Below are positions 10,978 to 23,004 of a stretch of 64,000 nt of DNA, in pieces. The notes beneath the pieces are model-generated. The model was not told the origin of the DNA. It was given only the letters and a program-made list of their open reading frames with translations, and did not search any database. The translations under genes and the position numbers were made by a program. The DNA is from Selaginella moellendorffii (lineage: Eukaryota > Plantae > Lycopodiophyta), in the NCBI RefSeq assembly GCF_000143415.4, contig NW_003314305.1, forward strand, positions 309,709 to 373,708. Direction: 5' to 3'. Each line of letters begins with the position of its first letter. Within the stretch, counting starts at the first letter, position 1.

Positions 10978-13103
10978 CTATTTATTCGTCTTGCCACTAT
11001 AGATGCTGCTCTTGATAGTGATGATCGCCAGGTCTCGCAACTCCCACTTATCAAACTGTAGACGATATGTGCCACCCTCGCCTTTCACTACACACTGCGC
11101 CAGGCTGCTCTCCAGTGGTGCCACTTCCACGGAAAAACCTCCATTGTAGGGCTCCCAGATGGTACAACTGCACATCCTGCGGTTGCTCAGCTTCACTCCG
11201 GTCTGAGTGATCACTAGCTTTCCCTTCCAGGACTTCTCATCATCTTCGAAAACTTTCACCGCGAAGTGTGTACTCCGCTGCTTGTAGAAATCGTCACAGT
11301 CGACAGATCCACCGTAGCCAGCAAACGCCCCGCAAGTCGTGGTGGTGCTGTGCTCTTTGCTGTCCACGCTGATGCAAACCAGCTCGATGCTGGAGTCGTA
11401 GTCGCAACCCGTGATCACGTACTCTGGAGATTTGTCTCCAGAGCTTATCTCCATCGCTGGCAACAGCCGCACTGTCTTGCCATTGCTCTGGTGACGAACC
11501 CAGTAGCAAATCGACCACTCGGTGTCAGTCACAAAGCTCCCCTGTCCCGTGAGTTTTTCCCCGACGAGAAGCTTTCCCTTGACAATGATCCTCGCGTCCG
11601 GCATGCAGTAGACACCCCCAGTGAGAAGCTGTCCCTTGAGCCTCCACAGCCGCGTGCATATATGCTCGAAAGTTGGCCGCCGGCGAGGCTGTGAATCCCA
11701 GCAGTAGGCGATGGTGTCCTTGAGAGCTTGAGGACAGCGTTGCGGAAGCCTGGGTCTCAAGCCACGTCGAATCTCATCGAGCAAAGCCTTCTTGGTTAGG
11801 CCGAGAGGATATGGTGGCGTCCCGGTGAGGATCTCGGCAAACATCATCCCGTAGCTGTAAACGTCGACGCTTAAATCGTACTGGCTCTTCATCTCCCAGT
11901 CCCCCTCGAGCATCTCTGGAGCCATGTAGAGAACCGTTCCTTTCAAGTGGCTGTGATAATGGTTGCTTGAAAAGTTCATCTTGGAGAGCCCAAAATCCGC
12001 CACCTTTGCGACGATGTTGTGAGCCGATCCATCCTCAAACTTGCCGTCAAAGTTTACGAGGACGTTCCCCGGCTTGAGATCCCTGTGAATGATCTTCTTC
12101 TTGTGCACGAAATCCATTCCCTGTGCGATCTGGAGCATGATCTCCACGATCAGGATGATTGGAGCAGTGACGAGGCTTGGAATGAGCCGAGCGAGGCTTC
12201 CTTGCATGAGCTCCATGACGAGATAAGCTTTGTTATCTTTCTCCGACCAGCCGAGGATTTGGAGCACCGATGGATGGCACGGCCTGAGCTTCACCATGAT
12301 CTCTCCCTGAAAAGAAACAAGGGAACAAAAAACCATCACCAGCTATAAGTCAAAGAATGGAAAGATTGGCATACCTCCCACGGATCTTGCGACCATAGCT
12401 CCTTTGAAAACTTCTTCACTGCCACTGTGTGACCAGCCCAAGTTGTCTGGAACACTAATCCAAACGAGCCTTGTCCCAGAGGCTTCGTATCGTCAAGCTC
12501 GAGCTCTGATGGATCAATCCAATCCATTGTACTTGCCGCCGATGGCGAGCCCGACGATCGCAGCATGTTGGTGGCCACTGAGGAGCCACCCCGAGCACTT
12601 CCCAAAATCTCTAGCAGTTTGGTCTTGTCCTCGCTAGCACTGATCCTCAGCCCACACCTCAGCGCCTTGGAATTCTCCCAGCTCGTCCTTCTCAACACCC
12701 CAATCCAATCCTTGGTCCCGGAAGAACAATCCCTGTCCTGGAGCAATGCCGCCATGACGAGGTCCACATGGATCGCCAAATCGTCGAGCAGCGCCTCGAA
12801 AACCACCACATTCTCGCGAGCCACGTACAGCCATGGCTTCTCTATCCAATCCGGCCCGGAATACTTGGATGCCACGCGCAGCACCGCGAGGAGCGCCTGA
12901 TCGAGCTGCTGGAAGCACGATTGCTGCCTGGCGATGGTGGCCGGCGAGCAGCGCGCGGTCCAGAGATCAATGTGGAGGCGCACGTAGCCGCAAGCCGTGA
13001 GGAGGACGAAGATCTGGCCCTTGTTTACCTGTGCCACCATGGCTACCTCGGAAATATGATCGATCGTCGCGAGGAGAGCGTGGATGATGGATTCTTCCTC
13101 CAT
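10978..13103 (-). CDS. MLKL-like four-helix-bundle + TKL/Raf-like kinase + Ig-like + PH-like fusion protein (about 685 aa; exons 13103-12375 and 12306-10978)
   Basis: GT-AG intron 12307-12374 joins PWE|GEIM in frame. Kinase motifs GQGSFG, VAVKK, HRDLKPGN, DFG, GTVLYMAPE, DVYSYG are all present. N-terminal helical domain has the 'I..I...A..A.VNK' pattern. C-terminal WVRH..G...EYVIT..D and RDL.I.T. patterns are Ig/PH-like. The kinase call is certain; the flanking domains are pattern-based. Confidence 0.85.
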
Positions 13104-13276
13104 GCCCGCCAATCCCAGCGCCAATGCCGTGAAACTAGGGATTTCTTGGCTCCTCTGTGGAAGTCAACGGTACAGTCACCATGAACTTCCTTCGAAAACT
13201 AGGGTCAATTATTTGATTGAGATGAAATAATTTTTTAGGGTTCTATCATAGATTGATAGGGCGCTGGGTGGGAGCG

Positions 13277-16200
13277 ATGGCGCTGCGCGATTTGGTGACT
13301 GGAGCTGGAGGATGCGTCGTCCCAGGCGAGGGCGCCTCGTCCTCTTCGAATCCTCTGGCCAATTTCGCCAGCTCCTTGCTGGGATCGCTGCCAAAAGCTC
13401 AGGTTCGTCGAATCGATATTCACTTCTACAAAGTTTAGGAAGAAAGAAGAGAATAGAGAGAGGAAATAGGCCACATTCTTGTATGTTTAGTTGGAGTGCT
13501 GTCCTCTAAAAAACCTTTCTTTTCAGGAAAGAGTACGTGAGCTTCCAACCATTCCAACTTTCCAAGGCCCTGGACAGCAATTGGAGTATGGGAGCAGCTC
13601 CGCTGCATCACTTCCGGGAACGGAGTTTCAGAATGAAACTCAGGTGGAAAATTTTCAATCTGGAGCTTTACTGAGTTTTCAGTTGCAGCATTCAGAGTTC
13701 ATGCGTGGGTTTCGTGATGCCGAACCGGCTCCTTACGCTGATGCTTGGAACGAAGCTACGCAAAGGGGAGAAGACTTGTCGAGGTTTTCAGAATTCGAGC
13801 GAATCTATGGCCAGAAACCGGGAGGAAACGTTCAGCAGCTACATTACATGGATGGTAAGGTTCGCGTTTTTTTTTTTCTTTTGCGAGCTTTGTTTAATTT
13901 GTGCTTGTAAATCACAGGACCTCCGCAGCATGCTCTATCTGGTTTCCTTCGTTCGTTTTTCGCTAGCAGCAGAACAGAACTTCCTTTTCATGCTGTCCGC
14001 CTGCCTGAGCTCGGATTGTCAGGATTCGACAAGCAACGCATTCGCGATCGTAGTAGTATCATGGCTAGGCATTTCTTTGCCGATAAAGGGGAAGAGTATG
14101 TCAATGCGCAGGTACATATAAGCTCTGAATTCTTTGCTCTCATATCTCATAGTTCTAATATTTATTTTCAGGTTAATGCTTTCTTGGAATCTTTGGATAT
14201 AGAAGATGGCGTTCGAGAAGTTCGAGAACCTTCCAATAGAGCGTTTTCTGAGATGGAAAATTATTGGGGCAACACCAACCATGGTAAACATGAGGAATGG
14301 GTGCAAGATTTCCATCAACAATATCCTCAGAAGAATTACTGGGCTGAAGAGTTTCAATCACAACATGATGCTGACGGCTGGGCGGCGCAGTTCAGTGAGG
14401 TGGTATCTTTCTCTCGATGTTTTTTTGTTTTTGTTTTGTAACATTTGTTCTTCGAACTTTCAGCAGCAACAGTCTCTGCCTGCTAGGCACGCTGATTTCA
14501 GAAACGTCAGCTCTTTAGAACAAACTCAGTCTCTTGTGGACACGCTGTCCAAAAATGAAGATCCAAAGTTCCAAGTAAGCTTTTATTCTTGCATCTTTCT
14601 GGCACTGAAAATCATGTCTTACAGAATTCAAAGTTTTTGCACTTTGTGTCGCGAATGAGTCGCGGTGAATTGATTGTAGAAGACAATCAAGTGAAGGAGA
14701 ACGCTGTTCCCAATGCCTGGGCTCAAGAGTTCACACAAGTAAACCATCCGGGAAACTGGGCTGCAGAGTTCACTGCTGGCGAGGTTTTATTTTTTCTTAT
14801 ATACGTTTTGTTTTCGAGAGGCTGATCGTGGAAAATGTAGCACGCCAACGCAAACAGCTGGGCTGACGAGTTTGCTCAACAAGAACCTGGTGGAGCCTGG
14901 GCCGAAGAATTTTCCAACAGGACGCAAAAGTGGGCCGACGAATTTCAAGAGCAGGTGGATGATGGTGCGTTCGTGTCAGAGGACTGGCAAGAAAGTTACG
15001 ATAAGTAAGGCTAAATGTCGTCCTTTTTGTAGAGCTAACGCTGTTTTCCAGGTTCGTGGAGGAACAACTTAGAGGGGAACAAAGTCGTTCCGCGTCCTCA
15101 AAGTGGACATACGTTTTTGCTGACCAGAATCCATATGTCGGCCACCCGAATCCCCTCAAGGAAGGCCAAGAGCTGTTCAGGAAGGGCCTGCTCAGCGAAG
15201 CTGTGCTTGCTCTGGAAGCGGAAGTGATAAAAAATCCAGAGAATGCCGAGGGATGGCGATTGCTAGGGATTACTCATGCTGAAAATGATGACGATCGTCA
15301 GGTGAGTCTTTTATTTTTATTTCCTTTTAATTTTGTTGTGAACCTCTATTTCTCTTTGCTAGGCAATCGCATCGATGGTTCGAGCAAGAGACGCAGACCC
15401 CACCAATCTGGAGGTTTTGTTAGCTCTTGGCGTTAGTCATACTAATGGTAACGTGACCTCAGCTGCCCTCGTTCTTATAGTGTTGATTTTCTTTTAGAAT
15501 TGGAGCAGCCTGAAGCCTTGAGATATCTAAGAGGCTGGCTTCAACACCATCCAAAGTATGGAATACTTGTGCCTCAAGAGAATGCCGAAAGTCTCACGCA
15601 ATCGGACGTAAGTTTTTGCAATTGAACTGTAACCCCAAACTCTTTGAAATCCTTCAGGTTGCCCGATTGTTTAACGAGGCAGCAGCAATGGCACCAGAAG
15701 ATGGTGACGTCCACACCGTCTTGGGTGTTCTCTACAACCTCTCTCGGGAATACTCCAACGCGATACAGTCCTTCGAGACAGCTCTCAAGCTAAAACCCCG
15801 TGATTATTCCCTGTGGAACAAGCTAGGAGCTACGCAGGCCAACAGCGCACGAAGCTCCGACGCGATATATGCCTACCAAGAGGTGATAGTTTCTCTCTGC
15901 TGCTTGTGCATTCTTTTCTAACTCATTGGAAATTTTCCAGGCGCTAAATCTAAAGCCAAACTATGTGCGCGCGTGGTCTAACATGGGAATTGGCTACGCG
16001 AATCAAGTAATTTTTTATCTTCTTTTCTAGATGATAGATAAAGAGACAAATCTTGTGCAGGCCCAGTACCAGGAATCCATTCGCTACTACGTCCGAGCCT
16101 TGTGCATGAATCCCAAAGCCGACAACGCTTGGCAGTACCTTAGAATGTCACTCAGGTTCGTGTCTATTCTATCCTCGGGTTTGCAGCGCTTTGATCTCAC

Positions 16201-16308
16201 GCGATTGGTGTCGACCTTCGTTGTTGTGCCAGTGCCACCAGGACAGATCTTCTCGACGCCTGTGACAAGCGTGACTTGGAAACATTGCAAGCGGAGTTTC
16301 CTCTGTAA
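13277..16308 (+). CDS. PEX5: Peroxisomal targeting signal 1 receptor PEX5 (multi-exon)
   Basis: MALRDLVTGAGGC N-terminus, multiple WxxxF/Y pentapeptides (WAEEF, WAQEF, WADEF), TPR region GLLSEAVLALEAEV, LWNKLGATQANS, YVRAWSNMG, and C-terminal EFPL*. Confidence 0.97.
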
Positions 16309-16791
16309 AAACGACGAAGACAACATTCTTCCTGCGCTTCGATCTAGTCCGTTTCGTGAATAAAACGTGTAAAATCATTCACTTCCAACGTAATTTGAAG
16401 ATCGGCTTCGTCTCACTATCACAAAAAAGGCAGCAACGTCTTTCGATCTCCATGTTTAACCACGTCGTCGAGATAGCTTACCAGACCCTCGCCGGCGTAT
16501 CTCAGGTTCTCTTCTAACTGTGATTACCTAGGTGGATCGATGCAATACCAACAGACAAATAGAAAACCTTGTGCCTATATATCCTACCCGGGCCTTTTAT
16601 AGGTTTTTCTCTTTTATCAGGTCCGAAATATTCACATTGTTCGTGCAAGATCACATCAGTGCCAGCAAGTGTTTAAAACGAGTAACGATACATTTTATTT
16701 GCACCTGGTGCATTGTTTTCTAGCAAAAAAGAACGCCAAGGCATTAGAGCGCAATGCTATCAAGGAAACCAAGGAAGAGATCGACCATACC

Positions 16792-19412
16792 TCAGCCTCT
16801 CACCGCCGCCGCGGCACTGACATGCCCATCGCCAACGCCCACTCCCATCACCAGCGACCTCTGCGCGAGCTCCAGCAGCCTCTTGCGCTGGTTCTCGTTG
16901 GTGTGCGGCAGACTGGAGCGCAGCAGCTCGATCGGCATCTCGCGAGTCATGGCCGCCGCCGCCGCCGCGTTGATGGCCGCCGAGCTCCCGGCCGACGCCA
17001 TGAGCAGCGAGTGCATTATACTCTCGTACTTGTTGGTGCAGTACTTGGACAGCAGGCCGAAGAAGGCGTCGAACGAAGCCTGCCACACGCTCGTGTTCTG
17101 GAGCGGGTACTGGACGTTCCTGTCCGTCAGGATGCTCGTAGCTCGGTCCAGCACTGCCTGGAGAGCCACCGTGGCTCCATCGCCGGACGGGCTTCCTACC
17201 GGTCTCAAAGGTGGCGGCTCCGATGCCAAGACCACCGCTGCGAGGCAGGCGCTGAGAGATGGCAAGTCCATGGTTTTGATGGTGGCGGCTACTGCATTCG
17301 CGAGACCAGTGGACGAAGCCGCAGCGCTTGGATCGGACTGGACGCCGCCGAATAAGAACCTCAAGTGCCGGAAAACTGCCATGAGGACGATGCGAACGAG
17401 CTCGCTTCCCGGGACGAGCAGTCGTAGATATCTGGTGAGGAGCTTCCTGCCTTTGGGGAGCGAGACCAACCGCAGGAACACCAGATCATCCTTGGCAGCC
17501 AGTCCAAACCGTCCGCTCGAGTCTCTCATCGCACTGCCTGGAGCCAAAGGATCGACCAGCTGAAGCGAGGCTGCCAGTCCTTCCAGCAGCATTTGTCTGC
17601 GTCGCCGCAACTGGCCACCACCGTCGGGATGCTGAGAGACGGCCAGCATGCGGTCGATATCGTCGACGTCCAAGAGCAGGCACAGCCCGTCCTCCACAGC
17701 AATCCTTGCGGCTAACATCGGCTCCTGCTCCAAGCGTCTCTGACTTGAAGCACTGTCGGATGACAATAGTCTGTCACCCGTGCTGTTGACGCCATCTACG
17801 TCGAGCAATGGTCGTGGCCTGCGAATCGACGAGAAAGGAATCCTCCCTAGCGCGTCAACCTGGAGAAAGGCATGCGGCTCTGCTGCTGTTCGTGCGTGGG
17901 ACGGGAGCTCCCGCAAATGAGAAGGAGCGAAATGCCGTCTTCCGTGCGGCGTACCACCCGCCTGTTTCGACTGCATTGCCTGGTGGTAGTAGTCGTCAAT
18001 GTATGGATCACTTCCGTGCGTTGCAGCCCATTGAATCCTCACAATGGTGTCGATCTCGTCCGTCGTCATATACTTGGATCGCATCTGAGGTGACGAGTCC
18101 AAGCTTTTCCTGGAACCATACGAGCTATCTGGAGAGCCCCGAGGAGTCTGCTGCCTTCCCCTGGGATCTCTGAAATCCCCCAAGCCTGCTAAGTCCGACT
18201 TTTGGGACATGCTCATTGCCTGCTGTTGCTGCTGCTGCTGCTGCTGTTGGATCTGAGCAAAGGAAGGCGGCGCTGGATATCCCTGTGACCTTTGATACTG
18301 CTGTAGCACCACTTGGGACGGCATGAGAGGATTTTGTTGAGGCAGAGGGTGTCGAACAGCGCCTGGAGGAATCGGTGCCACGTTCGACTGTAACCACGGA
18401 CCCATCATTGCCTGTGCCATTTGAGGATTCGTAAACTGCTGGGACTTGAACGCACTATTTACAACCGGTCCTGAGGACGAAGCTGGAGCTTGTCCAGGCC
18501 AGCCGTGAGACTTGGGCAGATTGTAACCAGGAGGCTGAATAGAGCCACCGTCACGCCACCATTGTTGCTGCTGCTGCCCCGAATCAGAAGAAGACCTGAT
18601 CCTTTGATAGATTTCTTCTGCCCGCTGTTGCAGATCATCTATGGTTTGCTGCGAAGAATCCGAAGTTCTGGCTCTTTGATAGAGCTCTTCTGTCCTCTGT
18701 TGCAACTCTGCTATTGTTTGCTGTGAGCTTTGTCTCGACTGAGCCCACTGATTTCTCTCGTACTCGTTTCCTGCCCAGGTCACATCGACGGGAAAGTCGT
18801 GAACTGCAGAAGCGAGCATTGTTAGACAAAAGTGGAGGGACAGTAACTAGCCTCACCATCTTTTTCCGTAATTCCAACCTCATCCAGTTGACTTCGAAAT
18901 CTGTCGCCAGAATCAATCGCATTTAGCTGCAACAGACAAGAGACAAGCTCGATCAAATAGCATCGACACACCAAGCTAATACCTTCAAAAAGGAGCTCGT
19001 AAGTTCGCCAACGTCCTCCGCTTCAGATGAGACATCGAACGCTCCTATCTGCAACAAGAAAAATCAATAGCACACTATCGAAACCCGAAAAAAAATCTCT
19101 CGCCCTTTACCTCTGCTCTACTGGCAGTGGACGAGTAAACATCGTCCTCAATCTCATGAAGATGACCAATGTCTTCGTCATCGTCATCGTCTAATCCTCC
19201 AAGCTCAACATCTTGAGTCACGTCTCGTCCAAAAAACGCGTACTGGGAGGCATCAAAGCGGCCATCTGCAAGCAAGAAACCACGTTTAGACAATCCCAAA
19301 AACCAAAAGAACGAAAGGAAGAGATACCATTTGCAGGAAACGATCCTAAATCCTGCTGTTCCTCCTCGATCCTTCTCTCATTTACAACCTTTCTATCACC
19401 TATCCTGTCCAT
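16792..19412 (-). CDS. PAT1: mRNA decapping activator PAT1 homolog (multi-exon)
   Basis: FDASQYAFFG..VELGGL, RSKYMT.DEI..I.R.Q.AATH..DPYIDDYYHQA, VDALGRIPFSSIRRPRPLL, LEQEPMLAARIAVEDGLCLLLDVDD. Confidence 0.93.
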
Positions 19413-19807
19413 GGTTTTGTACAAATCTGTGCCACTGGTACTGTACACCAAGCCCGGGGATCCTCTAGATCTGTACACGAACTAAAATGTACCTGCTTCT
19501 CCCGGAAATCTGAGCTAACAGCCGCGACGAGAAGAATTCCTACACCATGCCAGAATCTCGAGAAAAGACGTCGCAACGCGAGATTTCCTCGCCAAAATCA
19601 AGCAATCCACTCACTTCCAGTGTCGATTCGCTGGCGCCTTGCTTGAAATCCAGCTCCCAATCCTCGGCCGCCGACACCCTAGACGCTGCTAGGTTTTTGG
19701 GAAAACCATTTGGCCATGTGGCCCAAAATATTTCCACTTTACTGTAAAGCCTGGGGAGATTTTAGGGTTTATAGGAAGAAATTCTCGGGGTATGGTGAAG
19801 AGAAGCG

Positions 19808-21838
19808 ATGAGCGAGGATGGATCCATGTGGAGAGCGGCATTCTTTGTCATGCTTCTCGGTCTGATTGCCGCGAGATGCAGCGAGGATCAATCTCTCTGC
19901 GATGGATTGGGGGCGGCGATGTGTCCCGAGAGAGGCTCAGGCGGAGCTGCAGGAGGATTGATCGATGACGGCGGCAACAAGGTAGGGAGATCCGAGCAGC
20001 AGCAGCACGGCGAGCTCGAGAATCTCATCCGCGGCAACAGTGAGCAGCTCGATCGACTGAGAGATCTGGTGGATAGATTGGCTGACTTGGTCCGAGCGCT
20101 GGACGATACCGTCCCTGCGAGGAGAAATTTCGCTGCTCCAGGCCCTCAAGATCGAGATTTCGTCGATCGCGGCGCCGAAAAATCGCAGGAGGAGGAGCCG
20201 ACCAAGATCATCACGCCATCGCCAGATTCTAGTCCACAGCAAGGTACTTCTTCTTCGTCGATCCAGGGCGCGGCCGCGATGATCACCGCCCCAGCCAAGG
20301 TCCGCGTCGTTGCGCGCTACAAGCCTGCCTGGTCGGACCACTTCCAATTCCTCTCGGCGGTCCACCTGGAAGCGCCGTTGTCGTCGCTCCACATTCTTCC
20401 TCACGAGGGCGAGGATGGGATGGGCAAGTACGTGGCGGTCGGGGACGAGGCCGGGCATCTCTACATCTTTAGCTCGCTGGGCGATTTGCTGGTGGATCAC
20501 TCCAGCCCCTACACAGCTCCAGTCACCACGATGATCTCAGTGATCCTGCGAAGAAACGAGACGCTGCTCGTCACGGGCTACTCCAACGGGGCTGTTCTAG
20601 CGTACCGGGTGTGGGAGAGCGTTCATAGAGGATCTTCGTCGGTGGAGGACTGGACGAGCTTGAGAGTGGAATTCAGTCACACGTTCGTGGATCCTTTCAC
20701 TCGGGCTGGGGGTGGCGAAGCAAGTCCTATACTCCATACGCTGGAGATGTATAGAGTCGGCAGGATGAGATACTTGCTGGTGGCCGACGCGAGTGGGAAG
20801 ATCCAGGTTTTCCGAGACAATGGGACTCTCTACGGGACGGCCGAGTCGCCCAGCAGGCCTCTGGCGTTCTTGCGAACCTCGAGCACTCAAAGGCTGCTCT
20901 TTCTCACGGCCTCCGGGGCAGCGTCTCTGGATCTTCGAACCATGACGGTGCGAAGCAGCCCGTGCGAAGGCCTCCGCAACTCGAGCTTGGTGGCTTACGC
21001 CTTCGATGCTTCCGGACGATCGAAGGCTTACGGGGTGACGGAGAATGGCGATCTGATCTACGTGACACTCTCCGGGGATACTCTCCACTTCGACTGCCAT
21101 GCAAGGGTGAAGAGGAAACTCGATCTCCAGGGACCGGTGAGGCTCCACGGTCTCAAAGGCTACATTCTCATCGTCACGCCGCGGGAAGTAGCAGTCTACA
21201 ACACGACGCTCCACTCGGGGTTTGGAAACTCTCGAGCGGGAGGAAGAGGAAGTAGCCGCTCGCTCTTCACGGCTTCCATCGACGAGATCTCGCAGACGTT
21301 TCTCAGCACTCCGGTAGCGACGGCGAGACAGCCGCTGGTGGTGTGCGACAGGGACAAGTTGGTGGTGCTGGGATTCGGAGAAGGCTACGTTGGGATGTTT
21401 CGATCCAACCTCCCAGTGCACAGGCCGGGAGAGATCGGCGCAAAGTTTTGGGGAATGCCGGTGTTCTTCACGACGGCGGTGCTGGCTCTAGCGTGGTTCT
21501 TCATGAACAGGAAGAGAGACCAAGTGAAGATGGAGGAGCGACCGCAGGCTTCTTCCATCGCTGCCGCTTCGACCAGCGCCGCTTCCACTGGATTTGGAGC
21601 AGCGCCATCGGTGACAGGGACGAACTCTTCCGGCGAGAACACGTCCAGCAGCGGGATTGTGCTGAGGAGCTTCGATCGGAGTGGCTTGGTCGATCAGAAG
21701 AAGATCCTGGACGAGACGAGGAGATTTGTGGCGTCGCCGGGGAGAGGAGTGTATGGCGGAGGTAGCGGTGGAGCTACGAGCTATGGCGTTGGGAGCGTAA
21801 ATTTTAGAAACGCGGTGGAGCACACTACTTCCTACTAG
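19808..21838 (+). CDS. Uncharacterised membrane protein, At1g75140-like (signal peptide, coiled coil, beta-rich ectodomain, one TM), single exon
   Basis: 676-aa ORF with WSDHFQFLSAV, KYVAVGD.AG.LYIF and TM segment FWGMPVFFTTAVLALAWFF followed by RKR. Confidence 0.85.
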   Translation: MSEDGSMWRAAFFVMLLGLIAARCSEDQSLCDGLGAAMCPERGSGGAAGGLIDDGGNKVGRSEQQQHGELENLIRGNSEQLDRLRDLVDRLADLVRALDDTVPARRNFAAPGPQDRDFVDRGAEKSQEEEPTKIITPSPDSSPQQGTSSSSIQGAAAMITAPAKVRVVARYKPAWSDHFQFLSAVHLEAPLSSLHILPHEGEDGMGKYVAVGDEAGHLYIFSSLGDLLVDHSSPYTAPVTTMISVILRRNETLLVTGYSNGAVLAYRVWESVHRGSSSVEDWTSLRVEFSHTFVDPFTRAGGGEASPILHTLEMYRVGRMRYLLVADASGKIQVFRDNGTLYGTAESPSRPLAFLRTSSTQRLLFLTASGAASLDLRTMTVRSSPCEGLRNSSLVAYAFDASGRSKAYGVTENGDLIYVTLSGDTLHFDCHARVKRKLDLQGPVRLHGLKGYILIVTPREVAVYNTTLHSGFGNSRAGGRGSSRSLFTASIDEISQTFLSTPVATARQPLVVCDRDKLVVLGFGEGYVGMFRSNLPVHRPGEIGAKFWGMPVFFTTAVLALAWFFMNRKRDQVKMEERPQASSIAAASTSAASTGFGAAPSVTGTNSSGENTSSSGIVLRSFDRSGLVDQKKILDETRRFVASPGRGVYGGGSGGATSYGVGSVNFRNAVEHTTSY

Positions 21839-22006
21839 AAGTCCAGTTACGGTTAAATTCATAAAACATCCACTATGTTTAAACAAGAGCCACGTTTGCC
21901 CTACCGAGTGCCACGTCTTCTAATGACGCAAGCCCTAACTAACGTTAGCCCTAAATCTGACCTGTTGCCAACTAGGCATAAACCCTAGTCCAGAACTCCA
22001 GCGCCA

Positions 22007-23001
22007 ATGTCGAGTGGAGCAGCGTCGCGGAGAGGCCCGCCCAAGCACCAGAATACGTGAGTGACAGATTTTGGAGGTTTAAACCTCACGGTTCTCTGTC
22101 AGGACTGCATGGAAACCCAACAAAGGAGTGAAGAAGAAGGACAAGGTTTGTTTGTGTTTCTCCGTCTCTCTTGGTTTCTAGAGCGATCGAACAGGAGCTT
22201 GGAGGCAAGATGCATCCATACCCCGCGATCACTGGAGTTTGCGCGCGCTGCAAGGACAAGATCGAATGGCGTCGCAGGTAATCTTTGTGGGAATTTCATT
22301 CCTCCTTCTCATTCTTTGTTCTTTGCTTCTTTCGAGCTCTTAGATATGGGAAGTATAAGGCTTTGGTCGAGCCCGCCAAATGGTATGTACTCCTTTCTCG
22401 CGAAACTTTTTCTTGATTGTTTTACTGGTGAACTTGCAAGAATCACAGCCAACAATGTGGGAAGCGAGTAATTCGCCAAGCTTATCACAAGTTTTGCTCA
22501 GGTTCCGTCGATTCTTTTGGTTTTCTCTTTCCAACTTTCCTTGACAGCCTGCGCGAAAGAGAAGAACGCTTGCGCGAAATGCTGCCAGTCCAATCTCCCC
22601 GTTGTTGGAAGGTAGCTAAGATCGTGATACTTCGATTGATAGTTTTGCTCGCGGGATCTGCAGGAACGCTGAAGAGGAAGCGAATGAACGAAGGCAACTT
22701 GAACAGGTCAGTAGTGAACGAAAGTGTCCTCGATTTAAAGCCTGAGTTCTCTACAGGCTCTCGGTAGCCTTCGTGAGCGAGACAAGCGAACCTTACTCCG
22801 AGCGGTATGATAATCTCGTTTACTTCGCATCACCTCTTCAAACTTGTCTCGGGCTAGATGGAGAAAGGGTCGTCTAAATCGCTGCCTAAAACACCACGAA
22901 AGGATGAGCAAGGCGAAGATCAAGATCCAAGTTCTGATACCGGAGATGAAGATGATGACGACGATGGTGATTCTGAGCCATCGGGTACCGAGTCCGAGTA
23001 G
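22007..23001 (+). CDS. C9orf85/DUF2039-like Cys-rich protein with acidic tail (multi-exon)
   Basis: Spliced MSSGAASRRGPPKHQN|.AWKP..|..GVCARCKDKIEWRRR|YGKYKAL.EPAK, AYHKFC, ACAKC. Ends ...DEDDDDDGDSEPSGTESE* (TAG 22999-23001). Confidence 0.85.
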
Positions 23002-23004
23002 AAT

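Noticed and set aside
19453-19469. CCCGGGGATCCTCTAGA, identical to the pUC SmaI-BamHI-XbaI polylinker
   Set aside because: Only 17 bp, the flanks do not continue into vector sequence, and it sits in a coherent PAT1 leader. Treated as coincidence.
16669-21886. Long antisense/alternative-frame ORFs over PAT1 and the membrane-protein gene
   Set aside because: Shadow ORFs of GC-rich coding sequence with no independent motifs.
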